The notes under the pieces were generated by a model. The model was not told the DNA's origin. It saw only the letters and a list, made by a program, of their open reading frames with translations, and ran no database searches. Of a stretch of DNA of 64,000 bases, positions 50,067 to 59,577 are shown piece after piece (position 1 is the first letter of the stretch; each line of letters starts with the position of its first letter). This DNA is from Candidatus Moranbacteria bacterium UBA1362 (GTDB lineage: Bacteria; Patescibacteriota; Minisyncoccia; Moranbacterales; GWC2-37-73), in NCBI GenBank assembly GCA_002306085.1, contig DBRS01000004.1, positions 8,133 to 72,132 of the forward strand, written 5' to 3'. A program made the position numbers and the translations under genes.

Positions 50067-51704
50067 ATGGAAAGAAAATATATTTTTGTCATGGGAGGAG
50101 TGATGAGCGGGGTAGGAAAGGGAGTTACCACATCATCTATAGGCGCTATTATGAAAGGACGCGGCTATAATGTGACCGCGCTCAAGATAGATCCATATGT
50201 AAATGTTGATGCCGGCACTATGAATCCCACTGAGCATGGAGAAGTTTTCGTGCTTAATGACGGAGATGAAACAGATCAAGATATAGGAAACTATGAGCGT
50301 TTTATAGGCATTACGCTTTCGAGAGATAATTACATGACAACCGGAAGAGTGTACGAGTCAGTCATACATCGCGAACGAAACCTGGAATACGGCGGCAAAT
50401 GCGTGCAAGTCGTGCCGCATATTCCGCTCGAGGTAATTGATAGAATTATAAGAGCGTCAAATAAAGCGAAAGCGGATATTACTGTTGTTGAAATAGGAGG
50501 AACGGTCGGAGAGTATGAAAACATTTTGTTTTTGGAAGCTATACGTCTCATGAAAATAAAATATCCTGATGATATTTTGACAGTTATGGTAAGCTATGTT
50601 CCGATGCCCAACAAGATAGGGGAAATGAAAACGAAACCAACTCAGCACGCAGTGCGTACTGTTAATGGAGCTGGGATTCAGCCGGACATTATTATTGCTC
50701 GCAGCGAAATTCCGATGGATGCGAAAAGGAAAGAGAAAATTTCGCTGTTTTGCAATGTCAGCGAGGAGTGTGTTATCAGCGCACCTGATGTTGAAACAGT
50801 TTATGAGGTTCCGCTTAATTTTGAGCGTGACAATTTGAGCCGAATCATTCTGAAAAAGTTGGGGCTTAAACCCAAAAGCACCGATCTCAAAGAATGGAGA
50901 ACGTTGGTTGAAAAAATAAAGAACGTGAATGAAAAAGTCAAAATAGGTATTGTGGGAAAATATTTTGGCACCGGAGATTTTGTTCTTAGCGATGCATATA
51001 TAAGCGTAATCGAAGCCATAAAACACGCAAGCTACAAAGCGGAAGTAAAAGCTGAAATAGATTGGATAAACAGCGAAATTTTTGAAAAAGAGCCGAAAAA
51101 AATCGAAAATTTGAAAGAATATCACGGGATTATTGTTCCGGGAGGTTTTGGAAGTAGAGGCATAGAAGGAAAAATCAGCACAATTAAATTTTGTCGGGAA
51201 AATAAAATTCCCTATTTTGGACTTTGCTACGGTATGCAGCTTATGATTGTGGAATTCGCACGCAACATATTGAAACTAAAAGATGCGCACACTACTGAAA
51301 TCGACCGCAAAACCAAAAACCCGGTAATTGACATCATGCTTGAACAGAAAAAAAACCTAAAGGATAACAACTACGGAGCCACGATGAGGCTTGGCGCATA
51401 TCCTGCTAATCTAAAAAAGGGAACGATTGCACACAAGGCATATGGAAAAGAAAAAATTTCCGAACGCCATCGGCACAGATGGGAAGTAAATCCGAGATAT
51501 ATAAACAAGATTGAAAAAGCCGGACTTGTTTTTTCTGGAAAATCACCTAATAGAAAACTTATGGAAATCGCGGAGCTTCCAAAATCCGAACATCCGTTTT
51601 TTCTCGGAACACAATTCCATCCGGAATTCAAATCATCTCCGTTTGAATCGCATCCATTATTCTATGAATTTATAAAAGCGGCAAAAAACAAAGCAACTGC
51701 TTAA
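50067..51704 (+). CDS. pyrG: CTP synthase
   Basis: GGVMSGVGKG, KIDPYVNVD.GTM.P.EHGEV, GLCYGMQ, ERHRHR, TQFHPE motifs. Confidence 0.99.
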   Translation: MERKYIFVMGGVMSGVGKGVTTSSIGAIMKGRGYNVTALKIDPYVNVDAGTMNPTEHGEVFVLNDGDETDQDIGNYERFIGITLSRDNYMTTGRVYESVIHRERNLEYGGKCVQVVPHIPLEVIDRIIRASNKAKADITVVEIGGTVGEYENILFLEAIRLMKIKYPDDILTVMVSYVPMPNKIGEMKTKPTQHAVRTVNGAGIQPDIIIARSEIPMDAKRKEKISLFCNVSEECVISAPDVETVYEVPLNFERDNLSRIILKKLGLKPKSTDLKEWRTLVEKIKNVNEKVKIGIVGKYFGTGDFVLSDAYISVIEAIKHASYKAEVKAEIDWINSEIFEKEPKKIENLKEYHGIIVPGGFGSRGIEGKISTIKFCRENKIPYFGLCYGMQLMIVEFARNILKLKDAHTTEIDRKTKNPVIDIMLEQKKNLKDNNYGATMRLGAYPANLKKGTIAHKAYGKEKISERHRHRWEVNPRYINKIEKAGLVFSGKSPNRKLMEIAELPKSEHPFFLGTQFHPEFKSSPFESHPLFYEFIKAAKNKATA

Positions 51705-51727
51705 ATGTTTGCTTTAACTCATTGGAG

Positions 51728-51765
51728 AACATAAAAGAAATCTCTCGCGAGATTTCTTTTATGTT
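51728..51765. terminator. Bidirectional terminator between pyrG and rpmA
   Basis: Perfect 17-bp inverted repeat AACATAAAAGAAATCTC-TCGC-GAGATTTCTTTTATGTT. Confidence 0.75.
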
Positions 51766-51782
51766 TCATAAATCGGTATTGG

Positions 51783-52232
51783 TTAAGCATTTTGAAACGC
51801 CAAATGCCTTCTTTTTTTTCTGCTAATAATGACTTTTCCACCTGGTTTTCTTGGGCCTTTCTTTTTTCCGGGCTTGTTTTCCTTAAGATGTGCGCGAAGT
51901 TTAAGTCCAATTTTTTTTGCACCAGTTTTTTTAGGTTTAATCACAACTGGTTTGTCGGAGGCAATTACGCTTACATATTCCCTCATAACAATTTTGCCGG
52001 TGAAATTGCGCGTCTTTACGGTTGAAAATTTCACAGTTCCATCGCAGAGTGCCATAAGTGTGTCATCATTGCAGCGTTTCACATTGTCGCCGGCATGGAA
52101 TTTTGTTCCTCTTTGCCGTACAATAATATTGCCGGTTTTCACTTTCTGGTTTCCGAATATTTTTACGCCTAATCGCTTTGAAATTGAATCTCGCCCAAGT
52201 TGTGTAGATCCTCCCGCCTTACGATGTGCCAT
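51783..52232 (-). CDS. rpmA: 50S ribosomal protein bL27 with long basic C-terminal extension
   Basis: [42 protein letters not shown] motifs. Confidence 0.96.
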   Translation of the reverse strand: MAHRKAGGSTQLGRDSISKRLGVKIFGNQKVKTGNIIVRQRGTKFHAGDNVKRCNDDTLMALCDGTVKFSTVKTRNFTGKIVMREYVSVIASDKPVVIKPKKTGAKKIGLKLRAHLKENKPGKKKGPRKPGGKVIISRKKRRHLAFQNA

Positions 52233-52435
52233 ATGCCAGTAACTAGCAATCGAAAATCGATAATCAACAACGCTAAGCTGATTTTTGATTCGCGATTACT
52301 GTTGTATAATGTTTATAATTGATCTGTTCAGAGAGCATCGGATATTTCAATGGCATGGACAAAGCGCAAATTCTGTCCGAAATATCGATTGCTAAGACCT
52401 TTCATTCGAATATTATTCTAACAAATTTATAGAAT

Positions 52436-52870
52436 ATGTCAACCCAAATATTGCTTAAAATTAAGGATTTTTTCGCCAAAAATGAGCAAAAAATAGTGCT
52501 TATCGTTGCTTTTTGCCTTGTTTCAGCCATTTCTTTTGAATTTGGAGTTCTTCAGGGTCAAAAATGGCAGCAGAAGCCACTTATTATTGAGAAACCTATA
52601 AATATACCAGCGGACGTTCAAAATACTCAAAATGAGGCCTCTGAAGCTTCAGGAAGCACTTCTACCATAAACGTCAAATCAGGCGCAGCCGAAAATGCAG
52701 CCGCGCAACCGGCGAAAGTTTGCACTTTCGTTGCCAGTAAAAATTCTGACAAATATCACATTCCAACATGCCAATGGGCAAAACGCATTAAGCCTGAAAA
52801 TACAGTTTGCTACGATTCTGTCCAAGAAGCAGAAGCAGCCAAAAAGCAAAAATGCTCCTGTATAAAATAA
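52436..52870 (+). CDS. Membrane-anchored protein with Ada-type metal-binding domain
   Basis: N-terminal TM; FVASKNSDKYH...C..AKRIKPEN.V......EAE......C. Confidence 0.8.
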   Translation: MSTQILLKIKDFFAKNEQKIVLIVAFCLVSAISFEFGVLQGQKWQQKPLIIEKPINIPADVQNTQNEASEASGSTSTINVKSGAAENAAAQPAKVCTFVASKNSDKYHIPTCQWAKRIKPENTVCYDSVQEAEAAKKQKCSCIK

Positions 52871-52912
52871 CAAAAAATTCTAACAAAAATTTTGTATTTC
52901 ATACCATTGGAA

Positions 52913-52941
52913 TTGAAAAAATATAAAACAAATTGTATAAT
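52913..52941 (+). promoter_or_regulatory. Probable pyrH promoter
   Basis: TTGAAA-17-TATAAT. Confidence 0.65.
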
Positions 52942-53000
52942 ATTAGAGACGCTCAATCCCGGCCCGAGGCCGGTTTTAATAAGAATAAATCAAAAAATTA

Positions 53001-53696
53001 ATGAACAACAATAAAATGGTTGTGGTTTCGCTCGGAGGATCGCTTATTGTACCAGATGTAATTGATTGGAAATTTGTGAAAAATTTCAAGAAAATCATCG
53101 AGACGGAAATAGCAAGAGGTTGCCGCTTCATAATCGTTACGGGGGGAGGCAAGACCGCAAGAAAATATATTGAAGCCAGCGGGAAGATTGACAGCATAGA
53201 TGCAGAAGATAAAGACTGGATCGGAATACACGCAACAAGAATGAACGCACATTTTATGCGTACCGTTTTCAAAAAGCATGCTCATCCCATAATTAATACC
53301 AATCCTTTTGATCTTGAAAGTTTTCTGACGGCAAAAGAACCAATACTCGTGGCAGCAGGTTATCGTCCGGGCAATTCCACCGACTATATTTCAGTTCTTC
53401 TTGCTAAACACTTCGAAGTAAAAAAAGTTGTAAACCTTTCTAACATCGATTACGTTTGCGACAAAGATCCGAAAAAATTCAAAGACGCAAAAAAGATAAA
53501 AGAAATGTCCTGGCAGGAATTTCAAAAGATTGTCGGCGACAAATGGGATCCCGGACTTAATGCTCCTTTTGATCCGGTAGCTTCAAAAGTTGCCGCAAAA
53601 GAGGGAATAGAAGTGACCATTTTAAACGGAAAAAAACTCTCAAATTTCCGCAAATATCTTGACGGAGAAAAGTTTGCGGGGACAATCATTAAATAA
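53001..53696 (+). CDS. pyrH: UMP kinase, archaeal type
   Basis: VSLGGS, VTGGGKTARKY, D.IGI.ATR.NA, PG.STD, PG.NAPFDPVA motifs. Confidence 0.93.
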   Translation: MNNNKMVVVSLGGSLIVPDVIDWKFVKNFKKIIETEIARGCRFIIVTGGGKTARKYIEASGKIDSIDAEDKDWIGIHATRMNAHFMRTVFKKHAHPIINTNPFDLESFLTAKEPILVAAGYRPGNSTDYISVLLAKHFEVKKVVNLSNIDYVCDKDPKKFKDAKKIKEMSWQEFQKIVGDKWDPGLNAPFDPVASKVAAKEGIEVTILNGKKLSNFRKYLDGEKFAGTIIK

Positions 53697-53943
53697 AGAC
53701 TGTATTTTTTTTCGATAAGACGTCGAAAGTCCTGAGAAATACTAGTGATGCTGTTAAAAGGGTTGCTTTTTAAATTTCAATGTGGTAACGTTGCAAACAG
53801 CTGTTTGATGATGTATGAACAACAAAAATTCACGATTCTGCACCGCTAAATACAGAAGCTAAACTTTCCTGCAAAGACGCGCGGGATTGAAGAAGTCTGA
53901 AGCTTCGTTTTTAGCAAAAGGCCAATTTAGCGGCAAACATTAC

Positions 53944-53983
53944 GCGGCATGAGATTTTTCCAAAAATTTCATGCCGCTTTTTT
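53944..53983. terminator. Terminator hairpin with T tract on the + strand
   Basis: GCGGCATGA...TCATGCCGC-TTTTT. Confidence 0.7.
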
Positions 53984-54449
53984 ATTTTTGGGTAATCTTT
54001 CCGTATTTCAGAAGGGAATAAAGCGTAAAATATGCAATAAGAGATATGGCGCTTGCCGCAACAAGAAAACCTGTCAAAAGCGGCAAGGCAAGATCGAAAA
54101 AAATTACGTTGCTGAAAAAATACCTTATTCCGAGGTGGTAGGTGTTGTCAAATTGTTCCGTAAGATAAGAAGGAGTCGTGTCGAACAAAAATCCTCCAAT
54201 TAACGCTGCAAACGGCATTATAGCTATCGTGCCCCACATGTTGGTAGCCAAAACTCCCGCCGTTGCCGAAGCGCGATTGACGCGCAGAATGGTTGCCAGC
54301 ACCAGCGCCGTAAGCACTCCTCCGGGAATTATGCCTAGAAAAACTCCCAGCGCAAAACCGGCAGCAATATTGTGGGGACTATCATTGAGCTTAAAAAATT
54401 GCCGCAGAAATTTTTTAATTTTTAAAAGCCTGCTTTTCATATCTTCCAA
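53982..54449 (-). CDS. DUF2062-like membrane protein
   Basis: DSPHNIAAGFALGVFLGIIP, LRVN, N.W, PLL.G pattern. Confidence 0.8.
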   Translation of the reverse strand: MEDMKSRLLKIKKFLRQFFKLNDSPHNIAAGFALGVFLGIIPGGVLTALVLATILRVNRASATAGVLATNMWGTIAIMPFAALIGGFLFDTTPSYLTEQFDNTYHLGIRYFFSNVIFFDLALPLLTGFLVAASAISLIAYFTLYSLLKYGKITQK

Positions 54450-54521
54450 TCTTTAGACGATAAGGTTTTTTTATTATATAATATAATCACATTTCAATAA
54501 ATATTAATAATCATTCTTCTG

Positions 54522-55412
54522 ATGTTACGTAATTTTACAGTATCGACATCGGCAAGTATTTGTTGTTTTTTGTTTCTGTTTTTCGCAATTATTTTTCCGA
54601 CAGATGCAGCCATCTACTTCGAGGATAATTTCGACGGATATTCTGACTCTCCGACAAATCATGGCTGGCATGTTCCGTCAACAAGAGTGGAAATCTATGA
54701 AGGTCCTGAAACACGCTTCGGAAGATGTATCCGCCATACCATAAATTCCAACGGAACGCATTATAGTTTCTCGCACGATCCCTATCCTGCTGGAATCGTG
54801 GATGACATATACGTAGGATTTTACTACAAATCAACTCATGTGAAAGGAACCGGCGGGGGACATAAGTTTTTAAAGTTGTTCGGATGGATAGACAGCAATG
54901 ATTATGCCAATACTACGTTCGGACAAACATATCAAACAGGTGCGTTTTGGCAAGTTAGTTATGGAGACGGAATGGGGATGATAGGTGATTCAACATGTGT
55001 GGCGCGATACAACGGCCTAATTTCAGATTCTCCTTGTTCTGGATCAATCGTCTCACATTCAGGTCCATTTGACTTAGATGATAGTCAATGGCATTGGGTT
55101 GTGTGTCATGCCAAGCATAACTCAAACGACAACTACGATGGCGCTTTGGATGTTTGGATAGACGGAGAATTGAAATTGTCCGCCATAGGCATTAAAAATA
55201 GAAATGATCTAAACACAATAGACTGGACGTCCATGAATTTTGTGGAGTACGCCGACTGTTTTGGAGCAAGTTGTAACGGCATAAACTATAATGCTTCTCC
55301 TTATTATGTATACATTGATGATGTAATAGTTTCGGACGGATATATTGCTCCACCTGGCAGCTCTTCAGACACAACAGCGCCAGCAAATCCAACAGGGCTT
55401 GCAGTAAGTTGA
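54522..55412 (+). CDS. Secreted concanavalin A/polysaccharide-lyase-like beta-sandwich protein with C-terminal tag
   Basis: Signal peptide; YFEDNFD, KFLKL, WHWV...DGALDVWIDG, VYIDDVIVS; ends DTTAPANPTGLAVS. Confidence 0.78.
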   Translation: MLRNFTVSTSASICCFLFLFFAIIFPTDAAIYFEDNFDGYSDSPTNHGWHVPSTRVEIYEGPETRFGRCIRHTINSNGTHYSFSHDPYPAGIVDDIYVGFYYKSTHVKGTGGGHKFLKLFGWIDSNDYANTTFGQTYQTGAFWQVSYGDGMGMIGDSTCVARYNGLISDSPCSGSIVSHSGPFDLDDSQWHWVVCHAKHNSNDNYDGALDVWIDGELKLSAIGIKNRNDLNTIDWTSMNFVEYADCFGASCNGINYNASPYYVYIDDVIVSDGYIAPPGSSSDTTAPANPTGLAVS

Positions 55413-55504
55413 AAATTCAGCAAACTTGTAAAATCTCCCATAAACTATTTTTTAAATAGCGAGTTACTTAATTAGTTTAGTAACGCGTTAAGTAACAAAC
55501 TCTT

Positions 55505-56530
55505 ATGAAAAAACAAATATGTAAAATATCTTTTCTTGCTATATTTTTAGGCATTTTCTGCTTTACAAATGAAGTTTTTGCACATAACAAACTTATATTT
55601 ATTCACCATTCCACGGGAGGATATTGGTTTGCCAATGCCAGCTCCACCGGCGGCGGCCTTGCGAAAGCATTGGACGACGTGGGTATATACGCTCGGGATA
55701 TCAATTATCAGCAATACAATAACGACTTCAATCCTCCGCAAAATCCAACCATTTCCAACAACACTGATATCGGGCATTGGTGGCTTTGGTTTGCCGATAC
55801 CACAATGCAAGCGAACGGCATTACCAAGCGCGACAACGTTATGGACGGAGAGAAGGGAGTATACAAGACAACAAACAAAACCAACGCGCACGGAACATAT
55901 ACAACCAACATGACAGATCCCGGAGGAGAAAACAATATCATAATGATCAAAAGCTGCTATCCTTCTGCCAATATCTATTCCGATAACAGCACAACTTTTG
56001 GACAAATGCGCGGACAAGGAGCAAGCTATACCGTCGGAGGTCAGAACGTAAACACTGTCAGCAATGTTAAAGCTCTCTATAACTCGCTTTTGGAATATTT
56101 CAAGACAAGAACGGACAAAATGTTTATTATCTCGTTTACTCCGCCTCTTTTAGCCTCAAGCACAACTGCGGAGAGAGCGGCAAACACTCGTTTAGTTGCC
56201 AATTGGCTTGTGAATGAATGGCTGCAAAGCGCCAATTGGGTAAATAAAAATGTCTATATTTTTGACCAGTTCAACGTACTTACCCATGAGAACAACAGAC
56301 ACACATATGAAAACGGCCAAGTTATTCACTACACTGATCCGGCAAGCGGCAATTATCTCGTATATCCAAGAAGTGCAAGCGACAACCATCCTAGCGGAGC
56401 AGGGCACCAGAAAGCTACCGCCAATTTTGTTCCACTTCTTCAACATTGGATAGCAACATACGAAGCTTTTGCAGCAGGTACAACTGACACAACTCCACCC
56501 GCAAACCCAACCGGACTTTCCGTAAACTAG
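55505..56530 (+). CDS. Secreted SGNH-like hydrolase with C-terminal tag
   Basis: Signal ending VFA; IFIHHSTG, MIKSCYP, TPP, DNHP..AGHQ; ends DTTPPANPTGLSVN. Confidence 0.72.
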   Translation: MKKQICKISFLAIFLGIFCFTNEVFAHNKLIFIHHSTGGYWFANASSTGGGLAKALDDVGIYARDINYQQYNNDFNPPQNPTISNNTDIGHWWLWFADTTMQANGITKRDNVMDGEKGVYKTTNKTNAHGTYTTNMTDPGGENNIIMIKSCYPSANIYSDNSTTFGQMRGQGASYTVGGQNVNTVSNVKALYNSLLEYFKTRTDKMFIISFTPPLLASSTTAERAANTRLVANWLVNEWLQSANWVNKNVYIFDQFNVLTHENNRHTYENGQVIHYTDPASGNYLVYPRSASDNHPSGAGHQKATANFVPLLQHWIATYEAFAAGTTDTTPPANPTGLSVN

Positions 56531-56554
56531 AAGCTCATAAAATTTTCAAAGAAA

Positions 56555-58198
56555 ATGCAAAAGAAAGCATATGGAATAATTAAAGCGATTACAATATTTA
56601 CAATTATATTGTTGAGCATTTTTTGCTTTGCAAATAATTCTTTTGCCTATGGCAATGTGAATGAACTTGAGATAATTGCGCCAAAAGAAGCAGGGACCGG
56701 AAACCCCGCTTTGAATGAGAACGCAAGATATTTCAGGGCATATCCCGGAATTGAATATAAAATAAAAGCAGCGGTTATAGGCGGAAAATATCCTTATATC
56801 TATTCATTAAGCAATGCTCCGGAAAGTATGACGATAGATAGGAAATCGGGAACCATCATATGGGCAAACCCGCAAGCTTCTGCGCAAAACATAGGATTGA
56901 CTGTTACTGATGCAAACGGAAATTCTGTGCAATCATCATGGTCGATAAACGTGACTTCGGACAGCTTCATTTTTGTCGATGCTGGTGCGCAAGACGGGGG
57001 AGACGGAACAATTTCAAATCCTTTCAATTCAATTGAGGACTTTCTTGCCTTGGATAGCTCATATGTTTCCGATATTGTATATTTCCGGGATGGGATATAT
57101 GATCTGCCGGTTTGGGGAGGCGCAACTTCATCCGGAGCATCAAGCTGCAGTCTTGACAGAGATGGAGGAGATGCCCATATCTGGCTGGGATATCCCAATG
57201 AAAATGTCACGATTGACTTCGGAGGAAATAAATTCATTGCGGCAAATTTAACAAATCCTCTCGCACCATACTACTTTGCGCATATGCGCTGGTATAACGC
57301 CCAGGAATATGGAATAAGAGCCGATAGTCACTTAGACTACGTTGTTTTATACGACATGGATTGCGACACATTGCACACAACTCACACTATAAATGAAAAC
57401 ATGGGATGGTACTTTACTCCTTATGTCGGAGCCGGTCATTATTTGATGTTTCTTGACAGCAAATTTCATGATTACACTGACACAACGGGCATTGGCAGCT
57501 TCTATGAGCAAGACAAGATGCTTATCGAAGGAAATCAATTTTACAATCAACTTGTCGGTGAATTGAATGGCTCATTTTCCGCCATATCTCCCAAGACAAG
57601 TGTCACTCGCAGCACAATAAGAGGAAATAGTATTGTTGTTTCCTATAGAAATTGTTTCGGTTCAGGCTGGAATTCCCAATTTGGGGAATACAGTCTGACA
57701 GGCACTCGTTCGCATGGCAATGAAGTGTGTTTTAATTTATTCTTGAAAGATTCAGAATCTGATACGGCAAGTATGATAAATCCAGGCGCGGAATCGGGAT
57801 CAACCTACTATTATCGCAATACTTGGCGTGGTCGCATAAATATGAGAAATATAAATTCAACCATGTATCCGGGAACCACAACGTGCGGCAATCCATTACA
57901 GGTAGTTCCGGATGCAGAGTGCGGAGATAACGGCCCGTTTGTTTTTGAAAACAACGTAATGCAAAATCAGGATGCCGGAGTTTATTATGATTACACAAGC
58001 GGGCCGAACCCGGAAAATTATGTTCCGATGATGGATAATTTGACAGGCTCCGAAGGCCTTATTGATTCCGATGGTCTTCTCATCAACCGTACCTACGTCG
58101 GTACCTACGGCCATGAGATTGCCGAAAGCGAATATTGGAATGATGGAGAAGCAGACGCAACACCTCCCAATACTCCAACAGGACTTTCCGTAAGTTAA
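56555..58198 (+). CDS. Secreted Ig-like plus beta-helix (pectin lyase-like) protein with C-terminal tag
   Basis: Signal ending SFA; YSLSNAPESMTID..SGTI.W Ig pattern; FVDA...GDGTISNPF; ends DATPPNTPTGLSVS. Confidence 0.75.
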   Translation: MQKKAYGIIKAITIFTIILLSIFCFANNSFAYGNVNELEIIAPKEAGTGNPALNENARYFRAYPGIEYKIKAAVIGGKYPYIYSLSNAPESMTIDRKSGTIIWANPQASAQNIGLTVTDANGNSVQSSWSINVTSDSFIFVDAGAQDGGDGTISNPFNSIEDFLALDSSYVSDIVYFRDGIYDLPVWGGATSSGASSCSLDRDGGDAHIWLGYPNENVTIDFGGNKFIAANLTNPLAPYYFAHMRWYNAQEYGIRADSHLDYVVLYDMDCDTLHTTHTINENMGWYFTPYVGAGHYLMFLDSKFHDYTDTTGIGSFYEQDKMLIEGNQFYNQLVGELNGSFSAISPKTSVTRSTIRGNSIVVSYRNCFGSGWNSQFGEYSLTGTRSHGNEVCFNLFLKDSESDTASMINPGAESGSTYYYRNTWRGRINMRNINSTMYPGTTTCGNPLQVVPDAECGDNGPFVFENNVMQNQDAGVYYDYTSGPNPENYVPMMDNLTGSEGLIDSDGLLINRTYVGTYGHEIAESEYWNDGEADATPPNTPTGLSVS

Positions 58199-58290
58199 AA
58201 GTCCGCAAAGTTTATGGATAAAATGTGAATGAAAATCTGTTTTTTATTCGAAGATGGTCGCATTAAAATATTTTTTTAAAATACAAACTA

Positions 58291-58312
58291 AAAACCGGCG
58301 AACGCCGGTTTT
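58291..58312. terminator. Bidirectional terminator
   Basis: AAAACCGGCG-AA-CGCCGGTTTT. Confidence 0.75.
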
Positions 58313-58328
58313 GAAAACTGCATATCAA

Positions 58329-59459
58329 TTATTTTTTCTTCACGGTTAAAGTTTTGGTTTCCTTGTCTATTACTTTCGTTTTTTCAATTTCTTTACGAAC
58401 AGTAGGAGACAAGACTCCCATGATGTTTTTGAGTGCAATTCCGTCGACTTTCAGAATAGAATCCCACTTATCAAGCGGTTCCAATATCTCCCGCAATCTC
58501 TTCTCGTCATATTTAAACGTTTTTCTGACAGTTTCTGCAATAATGCCTTCGTCACTGAAAACGCGCCCGACACCTTCCTGTTTCATATACTGAGATATCT
58601 TTTCCTGAAGCTCTGCAATACGCACTTTTGTTGAATTTATGGCATATTTAAGGTTTATGTACTCGCTTATCGCAGCATTCACTTCTTCCGTGTCAATTTT
58701 TCTTTGCTCCTTGAACTTATGCATCCACATGGGACATATTTTTTGATATCCGCACCAATCACAAAGAGGAGTCACGTTCGGTTCAAATTTTTCCGCTTCA
58801 ATTGCGGCAATGACATCCAGAAACAACTCCTTGGCGTTTTTAAGCTGTTCAAGCGTCCTTGTCGATGTGAGCTTGACTCCATGTTTGAGATAGTAGAGAC
58901 TTACTTTAATCTTGTCCAAATGTTCAATTTCCTTGGGATAGCGGGAAAGAAAAGCGTTGAGATATATGGAAAGTTGTAAATCATTGTCGACTTTTTCTTG
59001 CGAAGGCATCTTTTTCGTTGTCTTGTAATCGATAATCTCATAGCCTTCATCGGTTTTATCTATCCTGTCTATAATTCCAGAAATTATATGTTGTGTTTTT
59101 TTATCCCCATCTTCAACTTCAATTTGAAAACGGCTTTCAAGGTCAACAATATTAAAGTCGGCAGGATTATTATTTTTGTAATATCGCTGAATCATTTCAA
59201 CTCCTTGCGTAAAGGCGCTTCGTTCTTCAAGCTCGTTTTCGAAAATATCCGCATTCCAATTTTTGGAAAAAAAATCGAGAGCTTCTTCGAGCTTCGGCTG
59301 GAGCAGGGAAGGAGTATGGATAAATTTCATCACGGAATGGATTAGCGTGCCAAAAATAGCCTCTTTGGATTTCGGCTCTTTGATCATGTCTACATTCTGA
59401 AATTTATATTTCAGTGAGCAGTTTTGATACGTGTCAAACGCTGAATAGGAAATACGCAT
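58329..59459 (-). CDS. PD-(D/E)XK RecB/AddB-type nuclease with four-Cys Fe-S motif and C-terminal helical extension
   Basis: ISYS..DTY.NC..KY, FGT.IH, GIIDRID, IIDYKT, QL.IY, CDWC.Y..IC motifs. Confidence 0.9.
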   Translation of the reverse strand: MRISYSAFDTYQNCSLKYKFQNVDMIKEPKSKEAIFGTLIHSVMKFIHTPSLLQPKLEEALDFFSKNWNADIFENELEERSAFTQGVEMIQRYYKNNNPADFNIVDLESRFQIEVEDGDKKTQHIISGIIDRIDKTDEGYEIIDYKTTKKMPSQEKVDNDLQLSIYLNAFLSRYPKEIEHLDKIKVSLYYLKHGVKLTSTRTLEQLKNAKELFLDVIAAIEAEKFEPNVTPLCDWCGYQKICPMWMHKFKEQRKIDTEEVNAAISEYINLKYAINSTKVRIAELQEKISQYMKQEGVGRVFSDEGIIAETVRKTFKYDEKRLREILEPLDKWDSILKVDGIALKNIMGVLSPTVRKEIEKTKVIDKETKTLTVKKK

Positions 59460-59546
59460 ATAGATCAAGTATAGAGGATCGGGCATCATGTATCAAGTAT
59501 AAAATGAAATCAGCTATTGACACAGAAGGACTAAGATATTATTATT

Positions 59547-59571
59547 AAAGTATACTAAATTGGTAGGTATT
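59547..59571. promoter_or_regulatory. Possible Rrf2/IscR-type operator
   Basis: Imperfect palindrome ACTA-AAT-TGGT just upstream of the Rrf2 gene. Confidence 0.35.
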
Positions 59572-59577
59572 AAAAAC

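Noticed and set aside
53720-53870. RNase P RNA (GAAAGTCC...ACAGAA)
   Set aside because: No complementary P4 partner strand and the region is too short.
55368-58198. DNA recombination sites or integron cassettes at the 3' ends of the tagged genes
   Set aside because: The DNA copies differ at synonymous positions, and no attC-like palindrome or recombinase is seen.
58329-59459. Cas4 or CRISPR locus
   Set aside because: No cas1, cas2 or repeat-spacer array in the window; best read as a standalone RecB-family nuclease.
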